From assembly GCF_000195975.1 (NCBI RefSeq), contig NC_005070.1, forward strand, positions 2,402,429 through 2,434,428: DNA of 32,000 nucleotides, in the 5' to 3' direction. The DNA comes from Parasynechococcus marenigrum WH 8102. Its GTDB lineage: Bacteria > Cyanobacteriota > Cyanobacteriia > PCC-6307 > Cyanobiaceae. Below are positions 1-9,612 of this stretch, in pieces. Each line of letters begins with the position of its first letter. Within the stretch, counting starts at the first letter, position 1. Under the pieces are notes generated by a model, which searched no databases, was not told where the DNA came from, and saw only the letters and a program-made list of their open reading frames with translations. Position numbers and translations under genes: made by a program.

Positions 1-180
1 GCAGGGGCCCACCACCACCAGCTGACGCTGATCATCGCCGCGCAAAATGGCCTGGATCCGACGACGGGCCGATGCGACCGTCTCCGTGGCGGCGGCATCA
101 ATCGGCAGATCTCCGTGCAGCAGAGCCGGAGCCACCAGCGGACGGGTCTCCACCACATGCAAATCCGAGGTGGTGGCCAT
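1..180 (-). CDS. 3-deoxy-7-phosphoheptulonate (DAHP) synthase, class I AroF/G/H type; N-terminal 60 codons only, gene runs off the left edge
   Basis: Not in the ORF track because it is edge-truncated. Hand translation of the reverse complement from ATG (180..178) gives [60 protein letters not shown]. This follows the E. coli AroG N-terminal pattern (DDLRI..[46 protein letters not shown]). Confidence 0.8.
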   Translation of the reverse strand, partial: MATTSDLHVVETRPLVAPALLHGDLPIDAAATETVASARRRIQAILRGDDQRQLVVVGPC

Positions 181-276
181 GACCGCGCGCGTGAAACGGA
201 CCAAGGCTACGCATCCTGCTCACTGGCAACAGACCCTGTCCGGAAGAATGGTGCTCTGCCCCGCACATTCCTCACC

Positions 277-2859
277 ATGCTGAGCGCGTATCGCGAGCTG
301 GCCGCCGACCGCGAAGCCCAAGGCATCCCGGCCCTGCCGCTGACCGCTGAGCAGACCCAGGCCCTGACCGAACTGCTGCAACAGCCACCCGCAGGGGAGG
401 ACGAAGCCCTGTTCCATCTCCTCAGTGAGCGCATTCCACCCGGCGTTGACGAAGCCGCTTATGTGAAAGCCACCTGGCTCAGCGCCGTCGCCCAAGGGCA
501 AGCAACAAGCCCCCTGGTGTCACCCCTGGAGGCCACTCGCCTACTCGGAACCATGGTGGGTGGTTACAACGTTGCAGCTCTGATTGAGCTGCTTCAGCAC
601 AGCGACGAGAAGCTGGCCAGCTGCGCGGCTGAAGGCCTCAGCCGCACCCTGCTGGTCTACGACGCCTTCAATGACGTGATGGAGCTGGCGGCGAGCAATC
701 GCTTCGCCAAGCAGGTGGTGGACAGCTGGGCGGCGGCCGAATGGTTCACCCGTCGTGAGCCCCTGGCCGAAACGATCACGGTGACCGTGTTCAAGGTGGA
801 AGGGGAAACCAACACCGACGACCTCTCACCCGCCACCCACGCCACCACCCGACCGGACATTCCCCTGCATGCCCTGGCGATGCTCGAGACCCGGGATCCC
901 GAGGGTCTGAAAACGATCGCAACCCTCAAACAAAAGGGTCATCCCGTGGCCTACGTGGGCGACGTGGTAGGGACCGGCAGCTCCAGGAAAAGTGCGATCA
1001 ACTCCGTGCTCTGGCACACCGGCGACGACATTCCCCACGTCCCCAACAAACGCGGCGGCGGCGTGATTCTCGGCGGCAAGATCGCACCGATCTTTTTCAA
1101 CACCGCCGAAGACTCCGGCGCTCTGCCGATCGAATGCGATGTCACCGTGCTGAACACCGGTGATGTGATCACCATCCGCCCCCATGCCGGCACGATCGAA
1201 CGCGATGGCGAGGTGGTGAGCCGGTTCGAACTCAAGCCCAGCACCATCAGCGATGAGGTGCGGGCCGGCGGCCGCATTCCCTTGATGATCGGCCGGGCCC
1301 TCACGGACAAGGTCCGAGCGCAGCTGGGTCTCGCCCCTTCCGACGCCTTCATCCGACCCTCGGCACCAGCGGACACCGGCAAGGGCTTCACCCTGGCCCA
1401 GAAAATGGTGGGTAAAGCCTGCGGCCTGCCGGGCGTTCGCCCCGGCACCAGCTGCGAGCCAATGATGACCACCGTCGGCTCCCAGGACACCACCGGACCG
1501 ATGACCCGTGATGAGATGAAGGAGCTGGCCTGTCTCGGCTTCTCCTCCGACCTGGTGATGCAGAGCTTCTGCCACACCGCGGCTTACCCCAAACCAGTGG
1601 ATCTGCACACCCAGAAGGATCTGCCGGACTTCTTTGCCCAGCGCGGCGGTGTTGCCCTTCGCCCAGGCGACGGGATCATCCACAGCTGGCTGAACCGCAT
1701 GCTCCTGCCCGACAGCGTGGGCACGGGTGGGGACAGCCACACCCGCTTCCCCCTCGGCATTTCCTTCCCTGCTGGTTCCGGCCTGGTGGCCTTCGCTGCT
1801 GCCATCGGTGCGATGCCCCTGGACATGCCCGAGTCAGTGCTGGTGCGCTTCAGCGGTTCACTGCAGCCGGGTGTGACGCTGCGGGATGTGGTGAACGCCA
1901 TTCCATGGGTGGCCATTCAGAAGGGTCTTCTCACAGTGGAGAAGGCCAACAAGAAGAACGTCTTCAACGGCCGGATCATGGAGATCGAAGGTCTGCCGGA
2001 TCTCAAGCTGGAGCAAGCCTTTGAACTCACCGATGCCACCGCCGAACGCTCCTGCGCCGGCTGCACGATCAAGCTCTCGGAAGCAACCGTGAGCGAATAC
2101 CTGCGCAGCAATGTGGCCCTGCTGAAAAACATGATTGCCAGGGGCTACAGCGATGCCAAAACCCTGGCTCGTCGGATCAAGGCCATGGAGGCCTGGCTGG
2201 CCAATCCGCAGCTGCTGAGCGCTGATCCAGATGCTCAATATGCCGAAGTCCTGGAGATCAACCTCGACGAGCTCACTGAACCGGTGCTGGCCTGTCCCAA
2301 CGATCCCGACAACGTGAAACTGCTCAGCGAGGTCGCCGGCGATCCCGTTCAGGAGGTGTTCATCGGCTCCTGCATGACCAACATCGGCCACTACCGCGCC
2401 GCGGCCAAGGTGCTGGAGGGCTCGGGCAGCAACAAAGCCCGCCTCTGGGTCTGCCCGCCAACACGCATGGACGAAGAGACCCTGAAGGCCGAGGGCTACT
2501 ACGCCACCTTTGAAGCGGCCGGTTCGCGGATGGAGATGCCGGGTTGTTCGCTCTGCATGGGCAACCAGGCCCGGGTGGAGGACAACACCACGGTGTTCTC
2601 CACCAGCACCCGGAACTTCAACAACCGTCTGGGCAAAGGCGCCCAGGTTTATCTGGGCAGTGCCGAGCTGGCAGCGGTCTGCGCCCTGCTGGGTCGCATT
2701 CCCACCCCCGATGAGTACCACTCAATCGCCGCTGAAAAAATTGATCCGCTCTCGGATGAGCTTTACCGCTACCTGAATTTCGATCAGATCAGCGGTTTCG
2801 AAGATCAAGGCCGGGTGATGAGTGCGGATGAAGAGGCGGCTGTGCTGGCTGAAGCCTGA
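277..2859 (+). CDS. acnB: aconitate hydratase B (bifunctional aconitase 2 / 2-methylisocitrate dehydratase)
   Basis: ORF 115..2859. I place the start at ATG 277 ([26 protein letters not shown]), giving 860 aa, the usual AcnB length. Fe-S ligand motifs [13 protein letters not shown] and [14 protein letters not shown] are present. The ORF-track extension 115..276 is R/H-rich and unlike protein. Confidence 0.93.
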   Translation: MLSAYRELAADREAQGIPALPLTAEQTQALTELLQQPPAGEDEALFHLLSERIPPGVDEAAYVKATWLSAVAQGQATSPLVSPLEATRLLGTMVGGYNVAALIELLQHSDEKLASCAAEGLSRTLLVYDAFNDVMELAASNRFAKQVVDSWAAAEWFTRREPLAETITVTVFKVEGETNTDDLSPATHATTRPDIPLHALAMLETRDPEGLKTIATLKQKGHPVAYVGDVVGTGSSRKSAINSVLWHTGDDIPHVPNKRGGGVILGGKIAPIFFNTAEDSGALPIECDVTVLNTGDVITIRPHAGTIERDGEVVSRFELKPSTISDEVRAGGRIPLMIGRALTDKVRAQLGLAPSDAFIRPSAPADTGKGFTLAQKMVGKACGLPGVRPGTSCEPMMTTVGSQDTTGPMTRDEMKELACLGFSSDLVMQSFCHTAAYPKPVDLHTQKDLPDFFAQRGGVALRPGDGIIHSWLNRMLLPDSVGTGGDSHTRFPLGISFPAGSGLVAFAAAIGAMPLDMPESVLVRFSGSLQPGVTLRDVVNAIPWVAIQKGLLTVEKANKKNVFNGRIMEIEGLPDLKLEQAFELTDATAERSCAGCTIKLSEATVSEYLRSNVALLKNMIARGYSDAKTLARRIKAMEAWLANPQLLSADPDAQYAEVLEINLDELTEPVLACPNDPDNVKLLSEVAGDPVQEVFIGSCMTNIGHYRAAAKVLEGSGSNKARLWVCPPTRMDEETLKAEGYYATFEAAGSRMEMPGCSLCMGNQARVEDNTTVFSTSTRNFNNRLGKGAQVYLGSAELAAVCALLGRIPTPDEYHSIAAEKIDPLSDELYRYLNFDQISGFEDQGRVMSADEEAAVLAEA

Positions 2860-2873
2860 TCCCCCATCACCCC

Positions 2874-4319
2874 GTGCCCACCCTGAGCGAACCGAAACGA
2901 CGACGCCACCTGCTGGGGTCCAGCCGCAGCATCCGGGGGTTGCTCGAACGCCGCTGGCTGGTGGTGGTTCTGGCGCTGGCGCTCACAGGCCTCGGTGCTG
3001 CCATCACTGGCCTGCTGTTCACCGGCGGCATCAACCTGCTCAAGGATTGGCGCCTGGAGTTGCTCAATGACTTTCCCGCCTGGGTGGTGCTGCCAGCTCT
3101 GGGGGGATTCGGCGGTTTGCTGTCCGGCTGGCTGATCAGCAATCTGGCGCCCGCTGCCGGTGGCGCCGGCATCACCCAAATCATGGGATTTCTGCGCCAC
3201 AGGGCCGTTCCCATGGGGCTACAGGTGGGACTGGTGAAGCTCGTCGCCGGAATCATCGCCATCGGCAGTGGCTTTCCCCTCGGCCCCGAAGGCCCCGCCG
3301 TTCAGATGGGTGGGTCCGTGGCCTGGCAGATGTCCCGCTGGCTGAAGGCACCCGCGGCCTTTCGCCGCATGATCGTTGCCGCCGGGGGTGGCGCTGGTAT
3401 CGCCGCCGTGTTCAGTGCACCGATCGGAGGTTTCATCTACGCGATCGAGGAGCTGCTGCACTCGGCCAGACCCGTGGTGCTGTTGCTGGTGCTGATCACC
3501 ACCTTCTCCGCAGACACCTGGGCGGACGTGCTGGGTTTTCTCGGCCTCAACCCTGGATCGTCCGGCCTCAGCGGCAGCAGTGGCTTCCAACTGGAGCGCG
3601 CCTACACACCGCTGGTGAAATTCCTGCCCATCGATCTGCTGTATCTGATTGCGTTGGGAGCCGTCATCGGGGTGCTGGCAGAGCTGTACACCCGCTATGT
3701 GCTGGCCATGCAGCGCCAGGGGAACCGCTGGTTCGGAGACCGATTGATCCTGCGCATGACCCTCAGCGGGCTGGTGCTCGGCTGCGTCTATGCCGCCCTG
3801 CCCGACACCTTTCACAACCCATCGGAGTTAAAGCACCTGATTGCCGCGGGAAAAGCGGACGTCGGCCTCGCCCTCGCCAGCTTCGTGGTGCTGTTCTTCA
3901 GCACCGGACTGGCCGCCGGCTCAGGGGCCCCCGGGGGGTTGTTCATGCCGATGCTGACCCTGGGCGGTGCCATCGGCCTGGCCTGTGGCATCGGGGTGGA
4001 AGCCCTCACAGGCCACGTCCCCACCACCTATGTATTTGCGGGCATGGGAGCCTTCGTGGCGGGGTGTTCCCACACGCCGATCTCGGCGATGTTTCTGGCC
4101 TTTGCCCTCACCAAGGACCTGCTGATCCTCAAGCCGATCCTTGTCGCTTCTCTGATGAGCTTCCTGGTGGCCCGGTTGTTCAACCCCAACTCCATCTACG
4201 ACCGTCAGATGGGGATGGAACTGGCGTCCGAAGAGCGGATGCAGCAGCGGATTAACCGTCATCGCCGTCCATTCACACCGCCACCACCACCCTCCGGGCC
4301 CTCAGGAGGGATCAACTGA
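2874..4319 (+). CDS. ClC-family voltage-gated chloride channel / H+-Cl- antiporter
   Basis: GTG start, 481 aa polytopic membrane protein. ClC selectivity-filter motifs are GSGFPLGPEGPAVQMG (GxEGP), FSAPIGGFIYAIEE and GAPGGLFMPMLTLG (GxFxP). Confidence 0.9.
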   Translation: MPTLSEPKRRRHLLGSSRSIRGLLERRWLVVVLALALTGLGAAITGLLFTGGINLLKDWRLELLNDFPAWVVLPALGGFGGLLSGWLISNLAPAAGGAGITQIMGFLRHRAVPMGLQVGLVKLVAGIIAIGSGFPLGPEGPAVQMGGSVAWQMSRWLKAPAAFRRMIVAAGGGAGIAAVFSAPIGGFIYAIEELLHSARPVVLLLVLITTFSADTWADVLGFLGLNPGSSGLSGSSGFQLERAYTPLVKFLPIDLLYLIALGAVIGVLAELYTRYVLAMQRQGNRWFGDRLILRMTLSGLVLGCVYAALPDTFHNPSELKHLIAAGKADVGLALASFVVLFFSTGLAAGSGAPGGLFMPMLTLGGAIGLACGIGVEALTGHVPTTYVFAGMGAFVAGCSHTPISAMFLAFALTKDLLILKPILVASLMSFLVARLFNPNSIYDRQMGMELASEERMQQRINRHRRPFTPPPPPSGPSGGIN

Positions 4320-4375
4320 ATCAGGAAACCCTGCTGTTCGATCCGGCCACACCGGAACCCGATGCCCTCAAGGCC

Positions 4376-5953
4376 GTGCTGGCGTTTCCCAGCACCTATT
4401 CGGTGGGGATCACCAGCCTCGGATATCAGATCGTCTGGGCGACCTTGGCGCGTCGCAGCGATGTCGACGTGCGCCGGCTGTTCACCGATCAGGGTGATCC
4501 CCTGCCGCGACACTGCGATCTGTTCGGGCTGTCCCTGAGCTGGGAGCTGGATGGTCCAGTGTTGCCTGAGCTGCTGCAGAACCAGCGCATTCCCATCTGG
4601 GCTGTGGAGCGTGGCGATCAAGACCCGATCGTCTTCGGTGGCGGTCCTGTGCTGACCGCCAACCCTGAACCACTGGCTCCCTTCTTTGATGTGGTGCTGC
4701 TCGGGGATGGGGAGCTGCTGCTGCCCGCCTTCATTGATGCTCTCCAGCAATGCCGAGGGGCTGACCGTCAGACACGGCTGCGACACCTCGCTCAGGTGCC
4801 AGGGGTGTATGTACCCGCGCTCTACGCCCCGCAATACGACAGCGACGGCCAGTTGCAAGGGGTGAAACCGATTCAGCCTGGGCTGCCGCAAACGATTGAA
4901 AAACAGACCTGGCGCGGCAACACCCTCAGCCACTCCACGGTGGTGACACCGGAGGCCGCCTGGCCGGACATCCACATGGTGGAAGTGGTGCGGAGTTGTC
5001 CTGAGCTGTGCCGCTTCTGTCTGGCCAGCTACCTCACCCTCCCCTTCCGCACACCATCGCTGGACGATGGTCTGATCCCGGCGGTGGAAAAGGGTCTGAC
5101 CGCCACTAAACGGCTTGGACTGCTGGGTGCTTCGGTGACCCAGCACCCCCAGTTCTCCGATCTGCTGCATTGGTTGGATCAGGACCGCTTCGACGGCACG
5201 CGCATCAGCGTGAGTTCCGTGCGAGCCGCCACGGTCACTCCTGACCTGGGACGAATCCTGGCCAAACGGGGCAGTCGATCGCTCACGATTGCCATCGAAA
5301 GCGGCAGCGAACGCATGCGAGAGGTGATCAACAAAAAGCTCTCCACCGAAGCGATCCATGCCGCCGCCCAGCACGCCAAACAAGGCGGCCTGTCAGGCTT
5401 GAAGCTCTACGGCATGGTTGGGCTGCCGACCGAGAGCGATGACGATGTTGACGCCACCGCCGATCTGCTGCTGACCCTGAAAAAAGGCACCCCTGGGCTG
5501 CGGTTCACCCTCGGCGTCAGCACCTTCGTTCCCAAAGCCCAGACCCCCTTCCAGTGGCAAGGGGTGCGGCCGGAAGCGGACAAACGCTTGAAACGGCTGG
5601 CGAAGAAAGTCAAACCCAAGGGCATTGAGTTCCGCCCGGAGAGCTACGGCTGGAGCGTGATCCAGGCCCTGCTGTCCCGCAGCGACCGACGCCTGGCCCC
5701 AGTGATCGCCGCCGTCGGCGACGCCCGCGAGAGCATCGGCGGATGGAAAAAGGCCTATCGAGCCGCCCTCAGCGGAGAGTTGGATCCCATTCCTGGCGAC
5801 CCGTTACCTCAACCTCCCCCCTGGGATGAGGTGGTTCATGGGACCTGGGAACCCACCCGCGTTCTGCCCTGGATCCACCTCAGGGGTCCGCTTGCTCCTG
5901 AGAAACTGCTCGAGCATCACGATCAGGCCCTGGTTCCTGGCACTGACGGCTGA
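4376..5953 (+). CDS. radical SAM protein (B12-binding-like N-terminal domain plus radical SAM core)
   Basis: CX3CX2C cluster motif in VEVVRSCPELCRFCLASY, 525 aa. The first canonical start is GTG 4376, but the frame is open from 4256, so the true start may be upstream (see finding). Confidence 0.85.
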   Translation: MLAFPSTYSVGITSLGYQIVWATLARRSDVDVRRLFTDQGDPLPRHCDLFGLSLSWELDGPVLPELLQNQRIPIWAVERGDQDPIVFGGGPVLTANPEPLAPFFDVVLLGDGELLLPAFIDALQQCRGADRQTRLRHLAQVPGVYVPALYAPQYDSDGQLQGVKPIQPGLPQTIEKQTWRGNTLSHSTVVTPEAAWPDIHMVEVVRSCPELCRFCLASYLTLPFRTPSLDDGLIPAVEKGLTATKRLGLLGASVTQHPQFSDLLHWLDQDRFDGTRISVSSVRAATVTPDLGRILAKRGSRSLTIAIESGSERMREVINKKLSTEAIHAAAQHAKQGGLSGLKLYGMVGLPTESDDDVDATADLLLTLKKGTPGLRFTLGVSTFVPKAQTPFQWQGVRPEADKRLKRLAKKVKPKGIEFRPESYGWSVIQALLSRSDRRLAPVIAAVGDARESIGGWKKAYRAALSGELDPIPGDPLPQPPPWDEVVHGTWEPTRVLPWIHLRGPLAPEKLLEHHDQALVPGTDG

Positions 5954-7154
5954 AAGCACAGAGCCCGGCGAGCAGGGTCCAGCCAAGGATGTTGAGACGG
6001 CTGTCAAACAGCGGCAGATCGGTGGCGTGCATTACCACCAACACCAACGTGGCAGCCCACCAGGCCCGCTCCAGCGGAGCCTTTTGCAGCATTCCACGTT
6101 GGGCGGCCAGCACCAGCAGGAACAGCACTGTGCCGACGATCAACAGCATCGCCGGCACTCCATGACTGACGGCCAGCTCCAGCGGCAGGTTATGGACATG
6201 GCCATGCCAGCGCTTTGCAGCATGGATGGGATAGAGAACGCTGAAGGCAGCAGCACCCCAGCCGAACCAAGGGCGGGCCGACACCAACTGCAGGGCGTAC
6301 TGCCACTGACCCAAGCGGGTGTGTTTCCAGGCGGTTTCCCCCTGGCTTTCCAGCACCCGCACCAGCACCTGGTCCGGCAGCAAGCGCATTCCCCACTGCT
6401 GCAGACCGACAGGAACCCCCGGCAGAACAGCCAGCAGCAGGGGTGAGGCCAGGAGCAGCAGCAACGGCAGCAACCACATCCACTGCCAAGGCCCGAGCAC
6501 GAACGGCAGCGCCAGCACCAATCCACCCATGGCATTGCGCGACTGGGTGAGCAGCACTGCCAGCGCAGTGGCCATGGACAGCAACAGAGCGCCTCCGCGT
6601 CGTCGCCAGCCATCGGGGCGAAACACGGCAGCCAGCATCAACGGCCAGACCACTGCGAGCCAGGCGCCGGTGATGTTGGCGTAATCGAACAGACCGGACA
6701 GACGACCGATCGGGCGGCCATCGGGATGCAGAAACCAGATGATCGCTCCGCCCCCCACCTGCCAAGGGCCCTGCCAACCCAGGAGCATCTGACCGAATCC
6801 CGTCACCAGAACAGGCAGCGTGCCCGCCAGCAACATCCACACCGCCTGGCGGCGTTGGCTGGCCTTCGCGAGGTGAGGTTGAAAGGCCCAGAACGCCCAG
6901 ACAAAAGGTAACCAGTTGGCCAGACCTGCCCAAGCCAGGCCAACGTTCTCGGCCAGACAGGCCCCGATCAGCATCAACAGCCCAGCCAGCAGCAGCGGCT
7001 GGCACCAACGATCCCGCCACAGCGGTTGCTCCCGACCACGACTTCCGCTGACGCAGGCGATCAACAGGCCAATTCCCGCCAACAGAGCGCTGGAGGGCAG
7101 AAAGAACAACCCAAGCCGAAACGCCTGGCCCCCGATGCGCCGATCCCTGATCAC
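5880..7154 (-). CDS. O-antigen ligase (Wzy_C) family polytopic membrane protein, IctB-like
   Basis: 424 aa with about 10 hydrophobic segments. Wzy_C-type core LLTQSRNAMGG ... RPWFGWGAAAF ... HGHVHNLPLELAVSHG. The GTG start overlaps the purU stop as GTGA (7151..7154). The family includes cyanobacterial IctB. Confidence 0.75.
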   Translation of the reverse strand: MIRDRRIGGQAFRLGLFFLPSSALLAGIGLLIACVSGSRGREQPLWRDRWCQPLLLAGLLMLIGACLAENVGLAWAGLANWLPFVWAFWAFQPHLAKASQRRQAVWMLLAGTLPVLVTGFGQMLLGWQGPWQVGGGAIIWFLHPDGRPIGRLSGLFDYANITGAWLAVVWPLMLAAVFRPDGWRRRGGALLLSMATALAVLLTQSRNAMGGLVLALPFVLGPWQWMWLLPLLLLLASPLLLAVLPGVPVGLQQWGMRLLPDQVLVRVLESQGETAWKHTRLGQWQYALQLVSARPWFGWGAAAFSVLYPIHAAKRWHGHVHNLPLELAVSHGVPAMLLIVGTVLFLLVLAAQRGMLQKAPLERAWWAATLVLVVMHATDLPLFDSRLNILGWTLLAGLCAFSRQCQEPGPDRDARAVSQEQADP

Positions 7155-8005
7155 GCGAACACAGCCGTACGGCCCCGATAGACCATTACCTGACGGTGAA
7201 GATGCATCCGCAAAGCCCGCGCCAGTGCCAGCCGTTCGGTGTCGCGTCCCTTGCGGATGAGGTCATCGACATCATCACGGTGACTCACGGGCACGGTGGT
7301 CTGCTCGATGATCGGCCCGTCGTCGAGGTCCTCGGTCACATAGTGAGCGGTGGCACCAATCAACTTGACCCCCCGCTCCCAGGCTCGGTGATAGGGCTGC
7401 GCGCCCTTGAAGGCCGGCAAAAAGGAGTGGTGGATGTTGATCACATCCGGGAAACGCTGCAGAAAATCACCACTGAGCACCTGCATGTACTTGGCGAGCA
7501 CCGCGAGTTCGATCCGGTTCTCTGCCAACAGCTCCAGCATCCTCTGCTCAGCCTCCGGTTTGGTCGCCTTGGCGACTGGAACACAGACAAAACAAACCCC
7601 GAACCCGGCACAAAGGGGCTCGAGATCCGGGTGGTTGGCGATGACCAGCGGCACCTGCATCGGCAATTCACCGCTCTGCACCCGCCACAGCAGATCCTGA
7701 AGGCAGTGGGCCTGCTTGCTGGCGAAGATCGCCACCCGAGGCATTGCATCGGAAAAGTGCAGCTGAGCCTGACCGTTCAGACGCTGCTCCAATGCTGCAG
7801 CTGCCTCGGGCAAGGCAGCCCGCGACAGACCGAAGCCATCGAGATCCCACTCGATCCGACTGAGAAACAACCCTGCCCCCGCATCCGTGTGGTGGTCGGC
7901 GTGGCGGATGTTGCCGCCGTTGGCGGCCACCCAACCTGCCAACTCACTGACCAACCCCGGACGATCCGGGCAGATCATTTGCAGGATCACCGTGACGTCA
8001 CGCAC
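7151..8005 (-). CDS. purU: formyltetrahydrofolate deformylase
   Basis: N-terminal ACT domain (ILQMICPDRPGLVSELAGWVAANGGNI) and formyltransferase motif VINIHHSFLPAFKGAQPYHRAW. Start candidates are GTG 8005, GTG 7990 and ATG 7978 (280-285 aa, as expected for PurU). The ORF-track extension to 8455 is antisense to psbQ and is rejected. Confidence 0.9.
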   Translation of the reverse strand: MRDVTVILQMICPDRPGLVSELAGWVAANGGNIRHADHHTDAGAGLFLSRIEWDLDGFGLSRAALPEAAAALEQRLNGQAQLHFSDAMPRVAIFASKQAHCLQDLLWRVQSGELPMQVPLVIANHPDLEPLCAGFGVCFVCVPVAKATKPEAEQRMLELLAENRIELAVLAKYMQVLSGDFLQRFPDVINIHHSFLPAFKGAQPYHRAWERGVKLIGATAHYVTEDLDDGPIIEQTTVPVSHRDDVDDLIRKGRDTERLALARALRMHLHRQVMVYRGRTAVFA

Positions 8006-8077
8006 GACGAAGGTTTGAAAAACAAATTCTCCCGCGCAGAACTGGCTGGTTAAAGTCCTTGAGATTTTTTCCTGACC

Positions 8078-8527
8078 ATGCTGAAGGCCCTGCGCCGCCT
8101 GGCCGCGATCTGCCTCTGCGTCGCGTTGAGCCTGGGTCTGATGGCCCCGGCTGCTGTTAATGCTGCTGGCATCAACCCAGATGACCTGGCGGTGATCCGC
8201 CGCCAGGCCGCCGCCTTTGAAGCCACCAAGTCCCGTCTGCCTGACCTGGCCCGGTTGGTGAGCGCTGAGGACTGGGTGTTCACCCGCAACCTGCTGCATG
8301 GTCCGATGCAGGAAGTGGGTCGTGAAATGTCGTACATCAACCAGCGCCTGGATCGCTCTGAGCGCAAAGATGCCGACAAGATCGCCCGCAAATTGAAAGA
8401 AGCCCTTGCAGACCTGGATGAGGCGGCCCGCCTGCAAGACGGCTCCCGTCTGCAACGGTCCTACAGCAACCTGGCGGCCAGCTTCGACGCTTACTCCGAA
8501 GTGATCCCGGCTGAGGCCTTCAGCTGA
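8078..8527 (+). CDS. psbQ: photosystem II extrinsic protein CyanoQ (PsbQ homologue)
   Basis: 149 aa with a signal peptide (LAAICLCVALSLGLMAPAAVNA). The block DWVFTRNLLHGPMQEVGREM...DADKIARKLKEALADLDEAARLQDGSRLQRSYSNLAASFDAYSEVIP parallels Synechocystis Sll1638 (NWVDTQTYIHGPLGQLRRDM...KDQDKAKTLAKEVFGHLERLDAAAKDRNGSQAKIQYQEALADFDSFLNLLP, recalled from memory). Confidence 0.8.
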   Translation: MLKALRRLAAICLCVALSLGLMAPAAVNAAGINPDDLAVIRRQAAAFEATKSRLPDLARLVSAEDWVFTRNLLHGPMQEVGREMSYINQRLDRSERKDADKIARKLKEALADLDEAARLQDGSRLQRSYSNLAASFDAYSEVIPAEAFS

Positions 8528-9612
8528 ACCATCCGATTGCCGTTGTCGGTGCCGGGGCCCTTGGCCTTGGCACCGCCTGGCACCTGAACGGCCTTGGCCA
8601 TCCGGTGACGATCTTTGACCCTGGCCTGACCCAGCCCGTCAGCAGGACAAATTCTTCAACCGATCTCAACGGCACCACAGCCTCGCTAGGTGTGTTGATG
8701 GGACATGTGTTCCGCCGCTCCAGTGGCCGAGGTTGGCGGCTGCGCAGACGCAGCATGGAACTCTGGCCCCACTGGATCACCAAGCTGCGGCGCTTCGTCC
8801 CGGACCTGGCTCTACAAACCCCGCTGCTGCAAGTTGCTGGTGATGAAGCCACCAGAGTTCGGTTCCACGATCTGGCCGGACAACGCCAACAGCTTGGTCT
8901 GACCACCTTGTCTGCAGCGGAGCTGAACGGGATCTGGCCCGGGGCAGAACACGGTGGATTGCGATCTGAGCAGGACGGTCGCGTGGATCCCCTGAAGCTG
9001 CAGCAATCCCTGCGACTGGCCGTTGGGGAGCTTCAGGTGGGCCTGGTGGCCGAACCTGTGGAGGCCGTGGAGCGTCATAACGCCGGCTGGCGTGTGTGGA
9101 GGGCAGGAGGCCAGCACGACGATTTCTTTGCTGTGGTGATCTGCGCAGCCATGGCCAGCTCAACGCTGCTGGCCCCCCTGGGTCACGACCGTCCTATGGC
9201 ACCGGTGCTGGGACAGGCCCTGCGGTTGGAGTTGAACAACGCAGCCATCGACTGGCACCACTGGCCCGCCGTCCTGGTGGATCAGGGCTTCAACCTGATT
9301 CCCGATGGACCGGGTCGATTGCTGCTGGGGGCCACCGTTGAACCGGGCACAGAAGCTGCAGAAGACCCCCTAGCTCTGATGCGATCCCTGCATGACCAGG
9401 CTCCTGACTGGCTGAGGTCCGCCACGGTCGTTGAGCACTGGAGTGGCCTGCGGGCCAGACCAGTGGAGCGGCCGGCTCCACTCCTTGAACACCTTGAACC
9501 TGGTCTGCTGCTGGCGAGTGGTCACTACCGCAACGGCGTGCTGCTGATGCCGGCCAGTGCGGAATGGATCGCAGCTGAACTGAACCACAACCTTCTGATT
9601 ACCGGCGCTTAG
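8524..9612 (+). CDS. thiO: glycine oxidase ThiO / FAD-dependent oxidoreductase (thiamine thiazole synthesis)
   Basis: DAO-family protein with C-terminal GHYRNGVLLMPASAEW. The FAD-binding IAVVGAGALGLGTAWHL is encoded at 8536..8586, upstream of the track start (GTG 8605). I therefore start the gene at CTG 8524; ATT 8536 is the alternative. The 3' end is certain and the 5' end uncertain. Confidence 0.8.
   Translation: MNHPIAVVGAGALGLGTAWHLNGLGHPVTIFDPGLTQPVSRTNSSTDLNGTTASLGVLMGHVFRRSSGRGWRLRRRSMELWPHWITKLRRFVPDLALQTPLLQVAGDEATRVRFHDLAGQRQQLGLTTLSAAELNGIWPGAEHGGLRSEQDGRVDPLKLQQSLRLAVGELQVGLVAEPVEAVERHNAGWRVWRAGGQHDDFFAVVICAAMASSTLLAPLGHDRPMAPVLGQALRLELNNAAIDWHHWPAVLVDQGFNLIPDGPGRLLLGATVEPGTEAAEDPLALMRSLHDQAPDWLRSATVVEHWSGLRARPVERPAPLLEHLEPGLLLASGHYRNGVLLMPASAEWIAAELNHNLLITGA

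Noticed and set aside
8006-8455. 5' extensions of track ORFs for purU (to 8455), acnB (115..276) and rpsF (14065..14244)
   Set aside because: The extensions overlap neighbouring real genes (psbQ, Tic20-like) or a divergent promoter region. They would make the proteins far longer than their families. The internal starts reproduce canonical N-termini.
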